Counted from the stretch's first letter, positions 1 to 9,736 are shown. The stretch is DNA of 64,000 nucleotides from an uncultured Chloroflexia bacterium (GCA_963707215.1 CAVPPB010000001.1:832001-896000), one strand, 5' to 3'. Program-made: numbers and translations. The notes: generated by a model not told the origin, from the letters alone.

Positions 1-1229
1 GCGTAGGCGACGAGGATCCGGGCGAGCGGCCCGACCTCCATCGGCGTCTCGGCGTAGCGGGGTGCCTTGAGCCAGCTGTAGCCGTCCGAACCCTCCAGCG
101 AGGCGTACGGTAGCTCTGGTCCGGTGTAGTCCCGCTCCGTCTGGCCGACGGAGGGGTGGAGCAGGGCCTCGTCGCCGTCGTCGTAGCGGTACCACGAGTG
201 AGCCACTGTCTCGCCGATCTCGGCCTGATCGACCGGGTCGGAACCTGCCCGGATCGCCGCCTGTGACGCGGCCACGAGGCAGCAACCGCGGCGATTCGCC
301 CGTGTCGCCCTCGGGGAACTCGCCGGCGGACAGGTAGCTGCCTCCGCCGACCCCCCGACCGAGCCAGTCCTCGTGGTACCCCGCGACGGCAAGGACGTCC
401 GGGACGTACACGCGATCGACGAACGCCTGCATCTCGCTGATGAGGGCCTTGAGTTCGGCCAGTCCGTCGGGGCTCAGGGCCATCGGCGATTCCCGCTCGG
501 GCAGCCGGGGGTGCTCGCCGGTCAGCGGCTTGATCGGACCACCCCAGGGTGGGGCGAGCACCATGCCCCCGACGACGAAGGTCTGCGGATGCGGGTTCTT
601 GCCGCCGAGGAGGACGAAGGCGCGACTGATCCGGCGCTGCCAGTCGAAGGCCTCGAGGTAGTGGGCCATGACCATGAGGTCCGGCCTCCGGCGGCAGCTC
701 GTAGGCCGGGTGACCCCAGTAGCCGCCGGCGAACGGGCCGAGGCGCCCGGACGGCACGAGCCCCGCGAGCAGGTCCTGGACGCCCCCGAAGTAGGAGGCG
801 CTCGACGACGGCCAGTCGCTGATGGACCGAGCCAGCCTGGAGGTCGCCGTCGGGATCGGCCTCAGAGCGCCTCGACGTCGACCCAGTCGAGGACGCTCTG
901 CTGGTAGAACTGGAAGACGTGGTCGCTGGGCGAGGTGCGCCCCGGCGAGGAGGTTGCGGAGCAGCCGGGCATCCGTCGGGATCGACACGTGGAGGGCACT
1001 CTCGACGGCCCGAACGGAGGCCAGCGCGTGGGCGCCGCTGCAGGCGCCGCAGATCCGCTGGGCGAACAGCCAGGCATCGCGCGGGTCGCGGTCGCGGAGG
1101 ATCCGCTCCATGCCACGGAAGATCGTCCCGGTGCTCCAGGCATCGCCGGACGACGCCGTCGGCGACGTCGACCTCGATGCGGAGGTGGCCGCCGACCCGG
1201 GTGATGGGATCGATCGCGAGCCGGCTCAC
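1..1229 (-). CDS. Group 1 [NiFe]-hydrogenase large subunit, N-terminal part (frameshifted; runs off the window start)
   Basis: Reconstructed across indels: [37 protein letters not shown]1 motif [40 protein letters not shown] and [10 protein letters not shown]. Start overlaps the small-subunit stop. Confidence 0.9.
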
Positions 1230-2518
1230 CGGGTGGCTCCCTGCTCGTCGCGGTCATCCGTCGGCACCGTCGCGACGTCCATGGCGCCGGCGGCGGGAGG
1301 GTCCTCACGCCCGGCGCCCCGTCGGGCGGTGCCTCGGACTCGGTCCCGGGCTCGGGTCCCGCCTCGGCGACCGCCGTGCTCGGACCGGCGGACGCGGCGC
1401 ACGGATTCGCCATGTCCCCCGTGTCCGCCACTGCGGCGCTGGCGGACGTAGCTGGCCACGCCGTGCACGGCCGTCCCGGCCACGACCCCTCCGACGAGCA
1501 GCGCCCCGAGCTGGTCCACGGTGACCTGTGGCGAGATGAACGGCAGCGGCGCCGGGATGCGCCGATAGAACGGGCTCATCGCGTCCCAGAAGCCCGGCGA
1601 GTGGCAGCCGATGCAGCCGTGGCCCGCGCGGACCGGCCAGCTGGTGCCGCTCTGCGTACCGGATCGTCGGGCATTCGCCGAACGTCTCGGGACCCTTGCA
1701 GCCCATCTTGTAGAGGCACCAGCCCTTCTGGGCCCCCTCGTCGCCCCAGGCCAGGGCGAACTCGCCGTACTCGTAGTGAGGGCGTCGCTCGCACTGGTTG
1801 TGGATGAGCGACCCGTAGGCGAAGCAGGGGCCGTTGCATACCGTCGGTCGCCGGCCAGGCGCCGAAGGTGAGGTAGTGGACGAGCGTCGCGGTAAGGTAC
1901 TCGACGTTGATCGGGCAGCCGGGCAGGCGGATGAGGGTCCCGCCGGCGACCGCATCGGCGGCCCCGACCGCCCCGGTCGGTCCACCGCCGGCGGCCGGCG
2001 CCCCGCCGTCACAGGCGCACGAGCCGACGGCGATCGTCGCCAGGGCGCCGTCACAGACCTCCCGGGCGACGTCGCGGAAGGATCGACCGCCGATCGGTGC
2101 AGTGAGCGCGCCGTCGTCGGCGGTCGGGATCGAGCCCTCGATGACGGCGACGTAGCCGTCGGCGAACTCCTCCATCGCAGCGAGCCGGGCCTCGGTGGCG
2201 TCGAGCCCGGCGGGGGCCATGAGCGTCTCGTGGTACTCGACGGACAGCAGCTCCAGCATGAGCTGCCCGACGGTCGGGTCGGCGGCCCGCAGGAAGGCCA
2301 TCGTGTCGCCGGCGCAGTCCTGGCCACGGAGCCAGACGACGGGAAGGCGCGGCGCTGCGGACACGGCCCCGGCGATCCGCGGGGTATACGTGGCCGGGAG
2401 CGCAAGGACGGCCGCCATCGCCGCGGAGAACCGAAGGAACGAGCGTCGGGTCATGCCGCGCGCCGATCAGCGCGGCGTAAAGCCCCCGCTCCTGTCCCGT
2501 CGCCTTGGCTGTGCTCAC
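1226..2518 (-). CDS. Membrane-anchored [NiFe]-hydrogenase small subunit with Tat signal (about 3 frameshifts; alternative start 2454)
   Basis: TRRSFLR Tat motif; [19 protein letters not shown]; distal and medial cluster motifs [18 protein letters not shown] and GHGCIGC; C-terminal TM helix [17 protein letters not shown]. Pieces lie in ORFs 1576-2454, 1305-2405 and 1226-1579. Confidence 0.92.
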
Positions 2519-2812
2519 ATCGTATCGGCCACGGGCGCTGGGACGAGGTCGCACGCGGCCGCTCCTGGCGGTCACGCTTCGCCCTCGACTATGGACCGGG
2601 TCGGTGCATAGGGCCGCCTGCCGGACGGATCGTCACGGGGGGCCGACCGCCGGGACTGATGGGCCCGAATGGAGTACTCGCGGGGGGCCGACCGGTAGCC
2701 CGGCCTCGTGGGTCGCCCGGGCTCCCTCCGGTCGACGCGCAGCCCGACGACCATGGGCCGGGCAGCGGTCCCCGGGACGGATCGCTCCGCCGCCGCGACG
2801 ACGGGTCCGTCG

Positions 2813-3160
2813 CTAGGCGGTCGAACGGTTCGTCAGCGTGGCTGCCGGTGCCGATCCCAGGGCCCCGGCCGGGCGTCCTGCCGCCGGCTCGATCTCGCTG
2901 GCCAGCTGGCGGAAGCGCTCCACGGCCTCGGGGCGGATCGAGTACCAGATCCAGTTACCGCGGCGCTCCGGCGTGACCCAGCCGGTCTCGCGGAGCACCT
3001 TGAGGTGGTGCGAGATGGTCGGCTGGCTCACCTCGCAGCAGGCCGTGAAGTCGCACGCGCAGACCGGTCCCTCGATCGAAAGCTGGCGCAGGATCGCCAG
3101 GCGGGTCGGATCGGCTGCGCCCTGGAACAGGCGAACGTCGGGATCGGTCGCTCGCTTCAT
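2813..3160 (-). CDS. arsR: ArsR/SmtB-family arsenic-responsive repressor
   Basis: ADPTRLAIL...VCACDFTACCEVSQPTISHHLKVL helix-turn-helix with Cys box; divergent from arsM. Confidence 0.88.
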   Translation of the reverse strand: MKRATDPDVRLFQGAADPTRLAILRQLSIEGPVCACDFTACCEVSQPTISHHLKVLRETGWVTPERRGNWIWYSIRPEAVERFRQLASEIEPAAGRPAGALGSAPAATLTNRSTA

Positions 3161-3164
3161 GACC

Positions 3165-3201
3165 GAGGGTATTGACAGGCATCTATATAGTCAACTATCA
3201 A
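3165..3201. promoter_or_regulatory. Overlapping divergent promoters and probable ArsR operator
   Basis: AT-rich island with inverted repeat TTGAC(3172)-N13-GTCAA(3194). Minus strand has TTGACT-17bp-TACCCT ending 5 nt before the arsR ATG (leaderless). Plus strand has TTGACA at 3172. Confidence 0.7.
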
Positions 3202-3268
3202 TACAGTTCACGAGGAACAGCGCCGACGGTGCAGCCGAGCTCCGCGTCGTAGCCTGTAGGAGGATCCG

Positions 3269-3438
3269 ATGTCACCTATCCCGACCTCGTCCCGCACATC
3301 CAGGAGCAGCACGCTCGAGACATCGAGCGGGCCCGACTGGCACGGATCGCTTCGTGCGCCCGCGCCTGCTGCGCCGCCCCGGCCACCATCCTCGACCGGC
3401 TCGTTGGCGTCCTCCGGCCGACCCCACGCCCCTGCTGA
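3269..3438 (+). CDS. Putative ~56-aa Cys-containing small protein upstream of arsM (needs one inserted base after the ATG)
   Basis: AGGAGG RBS then ATG 3269. The frame from 3274 reads TYPDLVPHIQEQHARDIERARLARIASCARACCAAPATILDRLVGVLRPTPRPC* and its stop overlaps the arsM RBS. Confidence 0.5.
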
Positions 3439-3448
3439 GGAGCCCGAC

Positions 3449-4282
3449 GTGACCGACACCATCCACGAGACCGTCCGCGAGCACTATGCGCGGGCCGCGC
3501 TCCAGGTCCTCGAGACCGGCTCGAGCTGCTGCACCGACGAGACCGGCATCGGGGCCGAGCTCTACTCCGTCCTCGAGCGCGACGAGCTGCCGGAGGCCGC
3601 CGTCCTCGCGTCGCTCGGCTGCGGCAATCCGACCGCGGTCGCCGAGCTGCGTCCGGGCGAGCGGGTCCTCGACCTCGGCTCGGGAGGCGGCATCGACGTG
3701 CTGCTGTCGGCCAAGCGCGTCGGTCCGACCGGTCGAGCCTTCGGGCTCGACATGACCGACGAGATGCTGGCGCTGGCCCGGCGCAACGCAGCCGAGGCCG
3801 GGGCGACCAACGTCGAGTTCCTCAAGGGCACCATCGAGGCCATCCCCCTGCCGGCCGCGTCGATCGACGTCGTCATCAGCAACTGCGTCGTGAACCTCGC
3901 GGCCGACAAGTCGGCCGTCTTCCGCGAGATCGCCCGCGTCCTGCGGCCGGGTGGCCGGATCGGCATCAGCGACATCGTCGCCGACGACGAGCTGTCGTCG
4001 GCCGAGCGCGCCGAGCGAGGCTCCTACGCGGGCTGCATCGCCGGGGCGCTGTCGTTCGCGGAGTACGACGCGGGGTTGCGGGCTGCCGGCCTGTCCGACG
4101 TGACCATCACCGTGACCCACGGCGTGGTGCCCGGGCATGCACGGGGCGATCGTCAAGGCGACGAAGCCGACCGCTGACGACGCGAGTGGCCTTCCTGCGT
4201 CGCATGATGCCCGCCGGCCGGGCACCCGGCGACCGGGAGCACGTCGACCGGCGGCTGCTGCGGCCAGGATGGCCCCCGCTGA
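3449..4282 (+). CDS. arsM: Arsenite S-adenosylmethionine methyltransferase (C-terminus frameshifted)
   Basis: GAGGAG RBS then GTG 3449; SSCC, ASLGCGNP, VLDLGSGGGID, ISNCVVNL, GCIAGA. Continues after an indel near 4135 (MHGAIVKATKP) and probably ends in GGCCG...TGA at 4282. Confidence 0.9.
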
Positions 4283-4292
4283 GTACGGGCGC

Positions 4293-5055
4293 ATGGACCG
4301 CTGGAAGTACTTCGAGGTCACCCACGCCGACCACGTCGTCTGCAACCCGACCAGCCTGGCGAAGCTCGACGAGCTGATCTGGTTGCTCGATCTGCCCGCC
4401 GAGCCACGGATCCTGGAGATCGCGGCGGGCAAGGGCGAGCTGCTGGCCCGGATCACCGAGCGATACGGCGGCCCCGGCGGCGCCGGCGTGAGCGGCGTCG
4501 CCATCGACCTCTCGCCGTACTTCGTCCGGGACCTCCGGGCCCGGCTCGGACGCGCGCGTCCCGGACGCTCGGATCGAGGTCCTGGAGATGGACGGTGCGG
4601 CGTACCGGGCCGAGCCGGGCTCATTCGACCTGGCCGTCTGCCTCGGAGCGAGCTGGACCTTCGACGGGCACCGGGGCACGCTTCGAGCCCTCCGCGATGC
4701 CACCCGGCCCGGTGGCCAGGTGCTGGTCGGCGAGCCGTTCTGGCTGAAGGATCCCGACCCTGACTACCTGTCGAGCGCCGAGCTCGAGCGAGACGAGTTC
4801 GGGACGCACGCCGGGAACGTCGAGGTCGGCATCGAGGAGGGGCTCCAGCCGCTCCTGGCGCTCGTGAGCGACGGCGACGAGTGGGACCGCTACGAGACGC
4901 TCCAGTGGCGGGCCGCCGTCCGCTGGGCGGCGGCTCATCCCGACGATCCCGACGTGCCGGAGCTCCTGGAGCGGGTCGAGCGTGGCCGGCGCGAGTACCT
5001 CGAGCACGGCCGCGAGACCCTGGGCTGGGCCCTCTACCTGTTTCGCGTCCCCTGA
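4293..5055 (+). CDS. Class I SAM-dependent methyltransferase (YjhP-like; frameshift near 4570)
   Basis: RILEIAAGKGE motif I; FDLAVCLGASW; PGGQVLVGEPFW; RETLGWALYLF. Confidence 0.8.
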
Positions 5056-5096
5056 CCGGAGGCCGGTCAGGTCGGTCGGACCACGCCGGACGTCCC

Positions 5097-5366
5097 CTAC
5101 TCGAGGGTGATGCTCTCCCGGCGGCGGCGGCGCTCGGCCGGGGCCCGGTCCATCCGCTCGATCCAGTGATCGATGAACGACCTGGCCGCCAGGAGCTGCT
5201 CCTTGCGGGCCTTGCGGAGGTGCTCGCGCGACTCCGTCGGCAGGAACCCGCCCAGCAGCCGCTCGAACGGGTCGTCGGCCTGCTCCTGCGCCTCCAGCTC
5301 GGCCAGGCGCTCCTCGAGCAGGGCGATCCGGGCGGTCAGCTCGGCCTCGGATTCGGTCTTAGCCAT
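5097..5366 (-). CDS. Small helical hypothetical protein coupled to the ArsA-family ATPase
   Basis: 89-aa ORF overlapping the ATPase stop, AAAGGAG RBS, coiled-coil-like N-terminus. Confidence 0.7.
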   Translation of the reverse strand: MAKTESEAELTARIALLEERLAELEAQEQADDPFERLLGGFLPTESREHLRKARKEQLLAARSFIDHWIERMDRAPAERRRRRESITLE

Positions 5367-6570
5367 GGACCGTGGCTCCTTTCACGTCGGCGGCGGCATC
5401 ATCGGGCACCGCCGCGAACTCGATCCGCAGGGTGTGGTCGTGGAAGCCGGCGCTCCGGGTCGGCGCATCGATCAGGACCCGGGGCAGGATCAGGTTGCGA
5501 CGCCAGCTGCCGACCTGGATGACCAGCTCGTCGGCGAACCGGGTCAGGTGGACCTGCTCCTTCGAGGTGAACGGCAGGTCGAGCTCCAGGATGAATCCGT
5601 CGCCGTCGCGGCGGACGGTGTACGGCCGACCTCGGTAGTAGAAGTCGGTCGGGTCGTCGTCGCCGAAGACGGCGCTCCCGAGCGACCGGAGCATCCGCTC
5701 GCCAAGGACCTCCTCGTCGAAGAACGGCGCGGTCCGGACCGGCACCGGGGCGAAGGCCTCGTCGACGAGCGGGCGGTAGCGCTGCTGGGCCTCCCGCCAG
5801 GCCCCGAAGTAGGCGCCCGCGTCGGGCGGCAGGACCCGGTTGCAGACGACGAGGTCGGTCGGGTAGCCGTAGAGGTGGAAGTAGGTGAAGGAGCGCTGGG
5901 CCTCCTTGATGACCATCTTCTCGAGGTTGAGGACGATCCGGATCGACGTCCGCTCTGGGTCCGAGAGCAGCTCGTGCATGTGCTCGAGCTTGGCGAACAG
6001 CTCCTCGCCGGCGTTGAAGATCTCCTTGCCGGGCATGGGCATCCCGGTCACCCGACCCACGATGGGGCTGGTCAGCTGGGCGATCCGGCGCTGGACCGGG
6101 TAGATCTTCTCCAGCCACCAGCGACCCGCCTCGGGCAGGCTCAACAGCCGCAGGGTCTCGCCGGTCGGGGCTGCGTCGACGACGATGAGGTCGTACGCGC
6201 CGCGGTCGTGGTGCTCGGCGATCCAGAGCAGGCTTGCCAGCTCGTCCATGCCGGGCAGGACGCTCATCTCCTCGGCCACGATGGTGTCGAGCCCGCGCCA
6301 CTGGAGGACGCTGGAGACGTACGACTGGATCGTCCCCCAGTAGGTCTCGATGTTGTGGAAGACCTCGGACTCCTGGCCCCACAGGTTCGGGGCGATCTCG
6401 GTCGGCTCGGGACCGAGCGGGCGGTCGAACGAGTCGGCGAGGCTGTGGGCCGCGTCGGTCGAGAGGACGATCGTGCGGTAGCCGCGCTCGGCGGCGAGGA
6501 GACCGGTGGCCGCAGCCACGCTGGTCTTGCCGACCCCGCCCTTGCCCGTGTAGACGATGATCCGGGTCAC
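5359..6570 (-). CDS. ArsA/Get3-family ATPase with C-terminal HSP20-like domain
   Basis: GKGGVGKTS, STDAAHSLAD, PGMDE, DAAPTGET; C-terminal LELDLPF...ELVIQVGSWRRNLILP. Confidence 0.9.
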   Translation of the reverse strand: MTRIIVYTGKGGVGKTSVAAATGLLAAERGYRTIVLSTDAAHSLADSFDRPLGPEPTEIAPNLWGQESEVFHNIETYWGTIQSYVSSVLQWRGLDTIVAEEMSVLPGMDELASLLWIAEHHDRGAYDLIVVDAAPTGETLRLLSLPEAGRWWLEKIYPVQRRIAQLTSPIVGRVTGMPMPGKEIFNAGEELFAKLEHMHELLSDPERTSIRIVLNLEKMVIKEAQRSFTYFHLYGYPTDLVVCNRVLPPDAGAYFGAWREAQQRYRPLVDEAFAPVPVRTAPFFDEEVLGERMLRSLGSAVFGDDDPTDFYYRGRPYTVRRDGDGFILELDLPFTSKEQVHLTRFADELVIQVGSWRRNLILPRVLIDAPTRSAGFHDHTLRIEFAAVPDDAAADVKGATVHG

Positions 6571-6613
6571 CCCCGAATCCTACGCCCGAGGAGCGGAACG
6601 GGCCTCGGGCGGT

Positions 6614-7294
6614 CTAGCGAGCCTCCTGCCCGGGAGCGGCCGGCTCGCCGCGCAGGTAGCGGTAGACGAGGGCGCCGAGCGCGGCCCCAACGACCGGAGC
6701 CGCGAGGTAGATCCAGAGACCCGTGAGATCCCCCTCGACGAGCGCCGGGCCGAGCGACCGGGCGGGGTTCATGGACGCACCGCTGATGGGACCGCCGACG
6801 AGCGCGCCGAGCGCCACGGTGCCCCCGACGGCCAGGGCGGCAGCCTCGCCGACTGCCCGGGTGTCGGTCGCGACGGAGGTGATGACGAGCATGAGGGTGA
6901 AGCCGAGGACCGCCTCCCAGGCGAGAGCCTGGACGTCCGGGCCTGCCGGCCGGGTCACGCCGAGCGTGACGTCGCCGAGGGTGAGCCGCAGGACGAGGGC
7001 TCCCGCCACGGCGCCGAGCGACTGGGCCAGCGCGTAGGTCGCGACGCGGGGCCACGGGAAGTGCCGGCCGACGGCGAAGCCGATCGAGACCGCCGGGTTG
7101 AAGTGCGCGCCGGAGACATGGCCCAGGGCGTAGATCATCACGGCCACGACGAGGCCGAAGACCAGCGCCACACCACCGCTCTCGAGGCTGCCCACGGCGA
7201 TCGCGCCGCAGCCGAAGAGGACGAGTGCGAACGTCCCGATGACCTCCGCCAGGTGGGCTCGCACGATGGGTCGGGGATCGGCGGCGCTGGTCAG
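6614..7294 (-). CDS. MIP/aquaporin-family channel (possible arsenite channel); start uncertain (7294 or 7264)
   Basis: AEVIGTFALV, SGAHFNPAV and GASMNPARS (two NPA boxes); directly downstream of arsC. Confidence 0.9.
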   Translation of the reverse strand: MTSAADPRPIVRAHLAEVIGTFALVLFGCGAIAVGSLESGGVALVFGLVVAVMIYALGHVSGAHFNPAVSIGFAVGRHFPWPRVATYALAQSLGAVAGALVLRLTLGDVTLGVTRPAGPDVQALAWEAVLGFTLMLVITSVATDTRAVGEAAALAVGGTVALGALVGGPISGASMNPARSLGPALVEGDLTGLWIYLAAPVVGAALGALVYRYLRGEPAAPGQEAR

Positions 7295-8130
7295 GTCGCC
7301 GGGGTCCGGCGCGTCCGGCCGGCCGCCTTCAGCGACACCTCGACGAACGGCCGGATCCGCTGGGTGAGCTCCAGCGCCGTGTGCCGGAAGGCCGCCAGCT
7401 TCTCCTGGTCGGTGCCCTCGACCTCGGCCGGGTCCTCGAGGCCCCAGTGGAGCGAGTCGTACGAGCCTGGGAAGACCGGGCAGCTCTGGCGGGCTCGGTC
7501 GCAGACGGTGATGACGTAGTCGAACGGCTGGTCGACGTATGCCTCGACCGACTCGCTCCTCGCATCGGACCAGTCGATCCCGTGTTCGGCCAGGACGCGG
7601 ATCGCGTACGGGTTGACCCCCTTGGGCTCCGTCCCGGCCGAGAAGACCTCGAAGTCCGGGCCCCCGATCCGACCGAGCAGGGCCTCGCCGATCTGGCTGC
7701 GAGCCGAGTTGCCGGTGCAGACGAAGAGGACCCGGATGGGCGCATCGGACACGGGGAGATCCTTTCTGGCCGCCCTGGCACGGGACGCAGCGGAGATCGT
7801 GAGCTCGAGATCTTGCAGCTCGGCCTCGAGACGGTCGAGGTCGGCGCGCTGGCGGGCGATGGCCGCCCGCTGGTCGGCGAGGAGCGGGGCGAGGTCGGCG
7901 TGGACGGTGTCGTGCTCGAGACATTGCCGGGCCAGCCGTCCGGCGTCCTCGGGACCGAGTCCCAGCCGGCGAAGGGCGACCAGCAGGCGGACTCGAGCGA
8001 GATCCTCCGGGCCGTACTCCCGGTAGCCGTTGGCGCCGCGCGCGGGCCGTGGCAGGACCCCGACCGACTCGTACCAGCGAACGGCGGAAGCGGCGACGCC
8101 GGCCTGCTCGGCCAGCTGGGAGACCTTCAT
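7291..8130 (-). CDS. MerR-family regulator fused to a thioredoxin-type (LMW-PTP) arsenate reductase ArsC
   Basis: N-terminal MerR HTH (VSQLAEQAGVAASAVRWYE...RGANGYREY); C-terminal VLFVCTGNSARSQ, ITVCDRARQSCP and HWGLEDP. Confidence 0.85.
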   Translation of the reverse strand: MKVSQLAEQAGVAASAVRWYESVGVLPRPARGANGYREYGPEDLARVRLLVALRRLGLGPEDAGRLARQCLEHDTVHADLAPLLADQRAAIARQRADLDRLEAELQDLELTISAASRARAARKDLPVSDAPIRVLFVCTGNSARSQIGEALLGRIGGPDFEVFSAGTEPKGVNPYAIRVLAEHGIDWSDARSESVEAYVDQPFDYVITVCDRARQSCPVFPGSYDSLHWGLEDPAEVEGTDQEKLAAFRHTALELTQRIRPFVEVSLKAAGRTRRTPAT

Positions 8131-8136
8131 GGCCGG

Positions 8137-8167
8137 ACCGTACACCTTCGAGTCACTTCAAGGTCAA
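8137..8167 (-). promoter_or_regulatory. MerR-type promoter/operator with 19-bp spacer, leaderless transcript
   Basis: Minus strand TTGACC-ttgaagtgactcgaaggtg(19)-TACGGT, with dyad ACCTTcgAGT-c-ACTtcAAGGT overlapping the -35 and spacer; ATG lies 6 nt after the -10. Confidence 0.85.
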
Positions 8168-8357
8168 GCGCGAGCCGTCGGACCGATCCTCGCTCGGCGA
8201 GATCCTTGGATGACGACGCTGTCCGTTCGGCGGGCGACCCTTCCCTGTCGGCTCGGCCCGAGCGATGCCGTGGTCGCCCGGGTCGTCGTCGGGGTGCTGG
8301 ACGAGTCGGTTGGCCGAGTGGCTCACCCGGCAGGGCGAACGCCACCGGAGCCCGAGT

Positions 8358-8855
8358 TCAGAAGGGCGGCGCCTCGGAACCGACCTCCACGACAGTCACG
8401 GTCCTGATGCCCGCCGGCGTCTCGAAGCGGACCTCGTCCCCGGGGCCGGCCCCGAGCAGCGCACTCCCGAGGGGCGAGGCGATCGAGATCGCACCCCTGC
8501 CGGGGTCGCCTGCGCCCGGGATCACGAGCCGGAAGACGTCGATCTCGCCGTCGTCGGCGACCTTGACCTCGCGGCCGATCGCGGCCGAGGATCCGGCATC
8601 GACGATCTCGGCTGCCGCGACCGCCTCGCGCAGGGCCGCGAGCCGGCGATCGAGCGAGTCGGTGTCCCGGAGCCATTCTGCGATCGCCGCCGAGTCCGGC
8701 GTCTCGTCGGACCCACCGTCCGGCCCCACCTGCCGCGAGATGCTGGAGAGACGCCGCTCTTCCTCAGCCAGGTCCTGCCAGGCACGCTGGGTCATCGGAT
8801 ACGCCTCGACCTCCTCGATCCCGAGGCTGGCCGCGGTGGATGGCTGTCGATCCAT
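8358..8855 (-). CDS. GreA/GreB-family elongation factor-like protein
   Basis: MTQRAWQDL N-terminus; C-terminal ISIASPLGSALLGAGPGDEVRFETPAG. Confidence 0.8.
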   Translation of the reverse strand: MDRQPSTAASLGIEEVEAYPMTQRAWQDLAEEERRLSSISRQVGPDGGSDETPDSAAIAEWLRDTDSLDRRLAALREAVAAAEIVDAGSSAAIGREVKVADDGEIDVFRLVIPGAGDPGRGAISIASPLGSALLGAGPGDEVRFETPAGIRTVTVVEVGSEAPPF

Positions 8856-8923
8856 CGACGGGACCTCCGTGGTTCGTCGCAGTGCCGACCAGCCCCCGGG
8901 CCGATCGGTCCCTCCGGTCTCGG

Positions 8924-9232
8924 CTACTCGGTGCCGTCGTCTGCGCCTTCGCGACGCAGCACGAGCCGGGCCCCGTCGCCGGCCTCCTCGAGGTCGAGGG
9001 TGGCCTCGCCGACCACCGCGACGACCTCCGGGGCGACATAGGCCCTGAGCCCCGCCTCCTCGGTCACGGCATCCTCGGGCCCAGGCTTCGACACGAAATC
9101 GAAGCCGAACCGGGACCGTCCACCCTGCGGGTCGCGGGGAGCGAAGAAACGGACGCCATACGAATCCGGCGCCCCGACCTCGGAACGGGCCGCGGTGAGC
9201 GCCATGGCAGCAGCTGGGGTCATCTTCAGCAT
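8924..9232 (-). CDS. HesB/IscA-like domain protein lacking the cluster Cys residues
   Basis: GGGAGG RBS; MLKMTPAAA...GVRFF...PGPEDAVTEEAGLRAYVAPEV...TLD. Confidence 0.6.
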   Translation of the reverse strand: MLKMTPAAAMALTAARSEVGAPDSYGVRFFAPRDPQGGRSRFGFDFVSKPGPEDAVTEEAGLRAYVAPEVVAVVGEATLDLEEAGDGARLVLRREGADDGTE

Positions 9233-9326
9233 GAGGGGGTACCTCCCTTTCGGGTTGGACATACCACCCTGACCCCGCCCTCCCAGCCTGTCAAAGACCC
9301 GGGTCCCGGTTCGTTCGCGGCCCAGG

Positions 9327-9736
9327 TCAGCGTTGCCACAACGTTCCGCCGAGCGCGACCACCCGCTCGATGTCGGCCTCGTCGTTCCCCACGTGGGTCG
9401 AGAAGCGGATCGCCGTGCCACGAGTGCGCCCTGGTCCGACCACCTGGAAGGCGACCCCACGCGGGTAGAGCAGGTGCTTGTAGCCGGCGACGACGAGGTA
9501 GTCGACCCCGTCGATCAGGTCGTTGAGCGGCACCTGCGGGACGGCCTGGGTGCCGTCCACCAGGACCAGGGCGCCGACGGCCCGGGCCCGCGAGACCACG
9601 GCCGCCAAGTCGGCCATCCGACCAGCGCCGCCCGCATCGCCCGGACGGTCAGCTCTGGCGGCACGCCGTAGGTCGCCCAGTCGAGGTAGGCGCTTCCCGG
9701 CTGCGGCGCCAAGTGGGAGCAGGCGTCCGGCGGCAC
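9327..9736 (-). pseudogene. Degenerate, internally deleted class V aminotransferase remnant
   Basis: YLDWATYG (N-terminal), LVDGTQAV, DYLVVAGYKHLLYPRG and IRFSTHVGNDEADIE (C-terminal) are compressed into ~410 bp. Confidence 0.65.

Noticed and set aside
3269-3448. 60-aa N-terminal extension of ArsM as given in the ORF track
   Set aside because: ArsM homology starts at GTG 3449, which has its own RBS. The extension is low-complexity and better explained by a separate small ORF.
5359-6570. Canonical arsenite-pump ArsA
   Set aside because: Single ATPase domain, HSP20 tail, no metalloid-binding Cys set, and no arsB, acr3 or arsD nearby.
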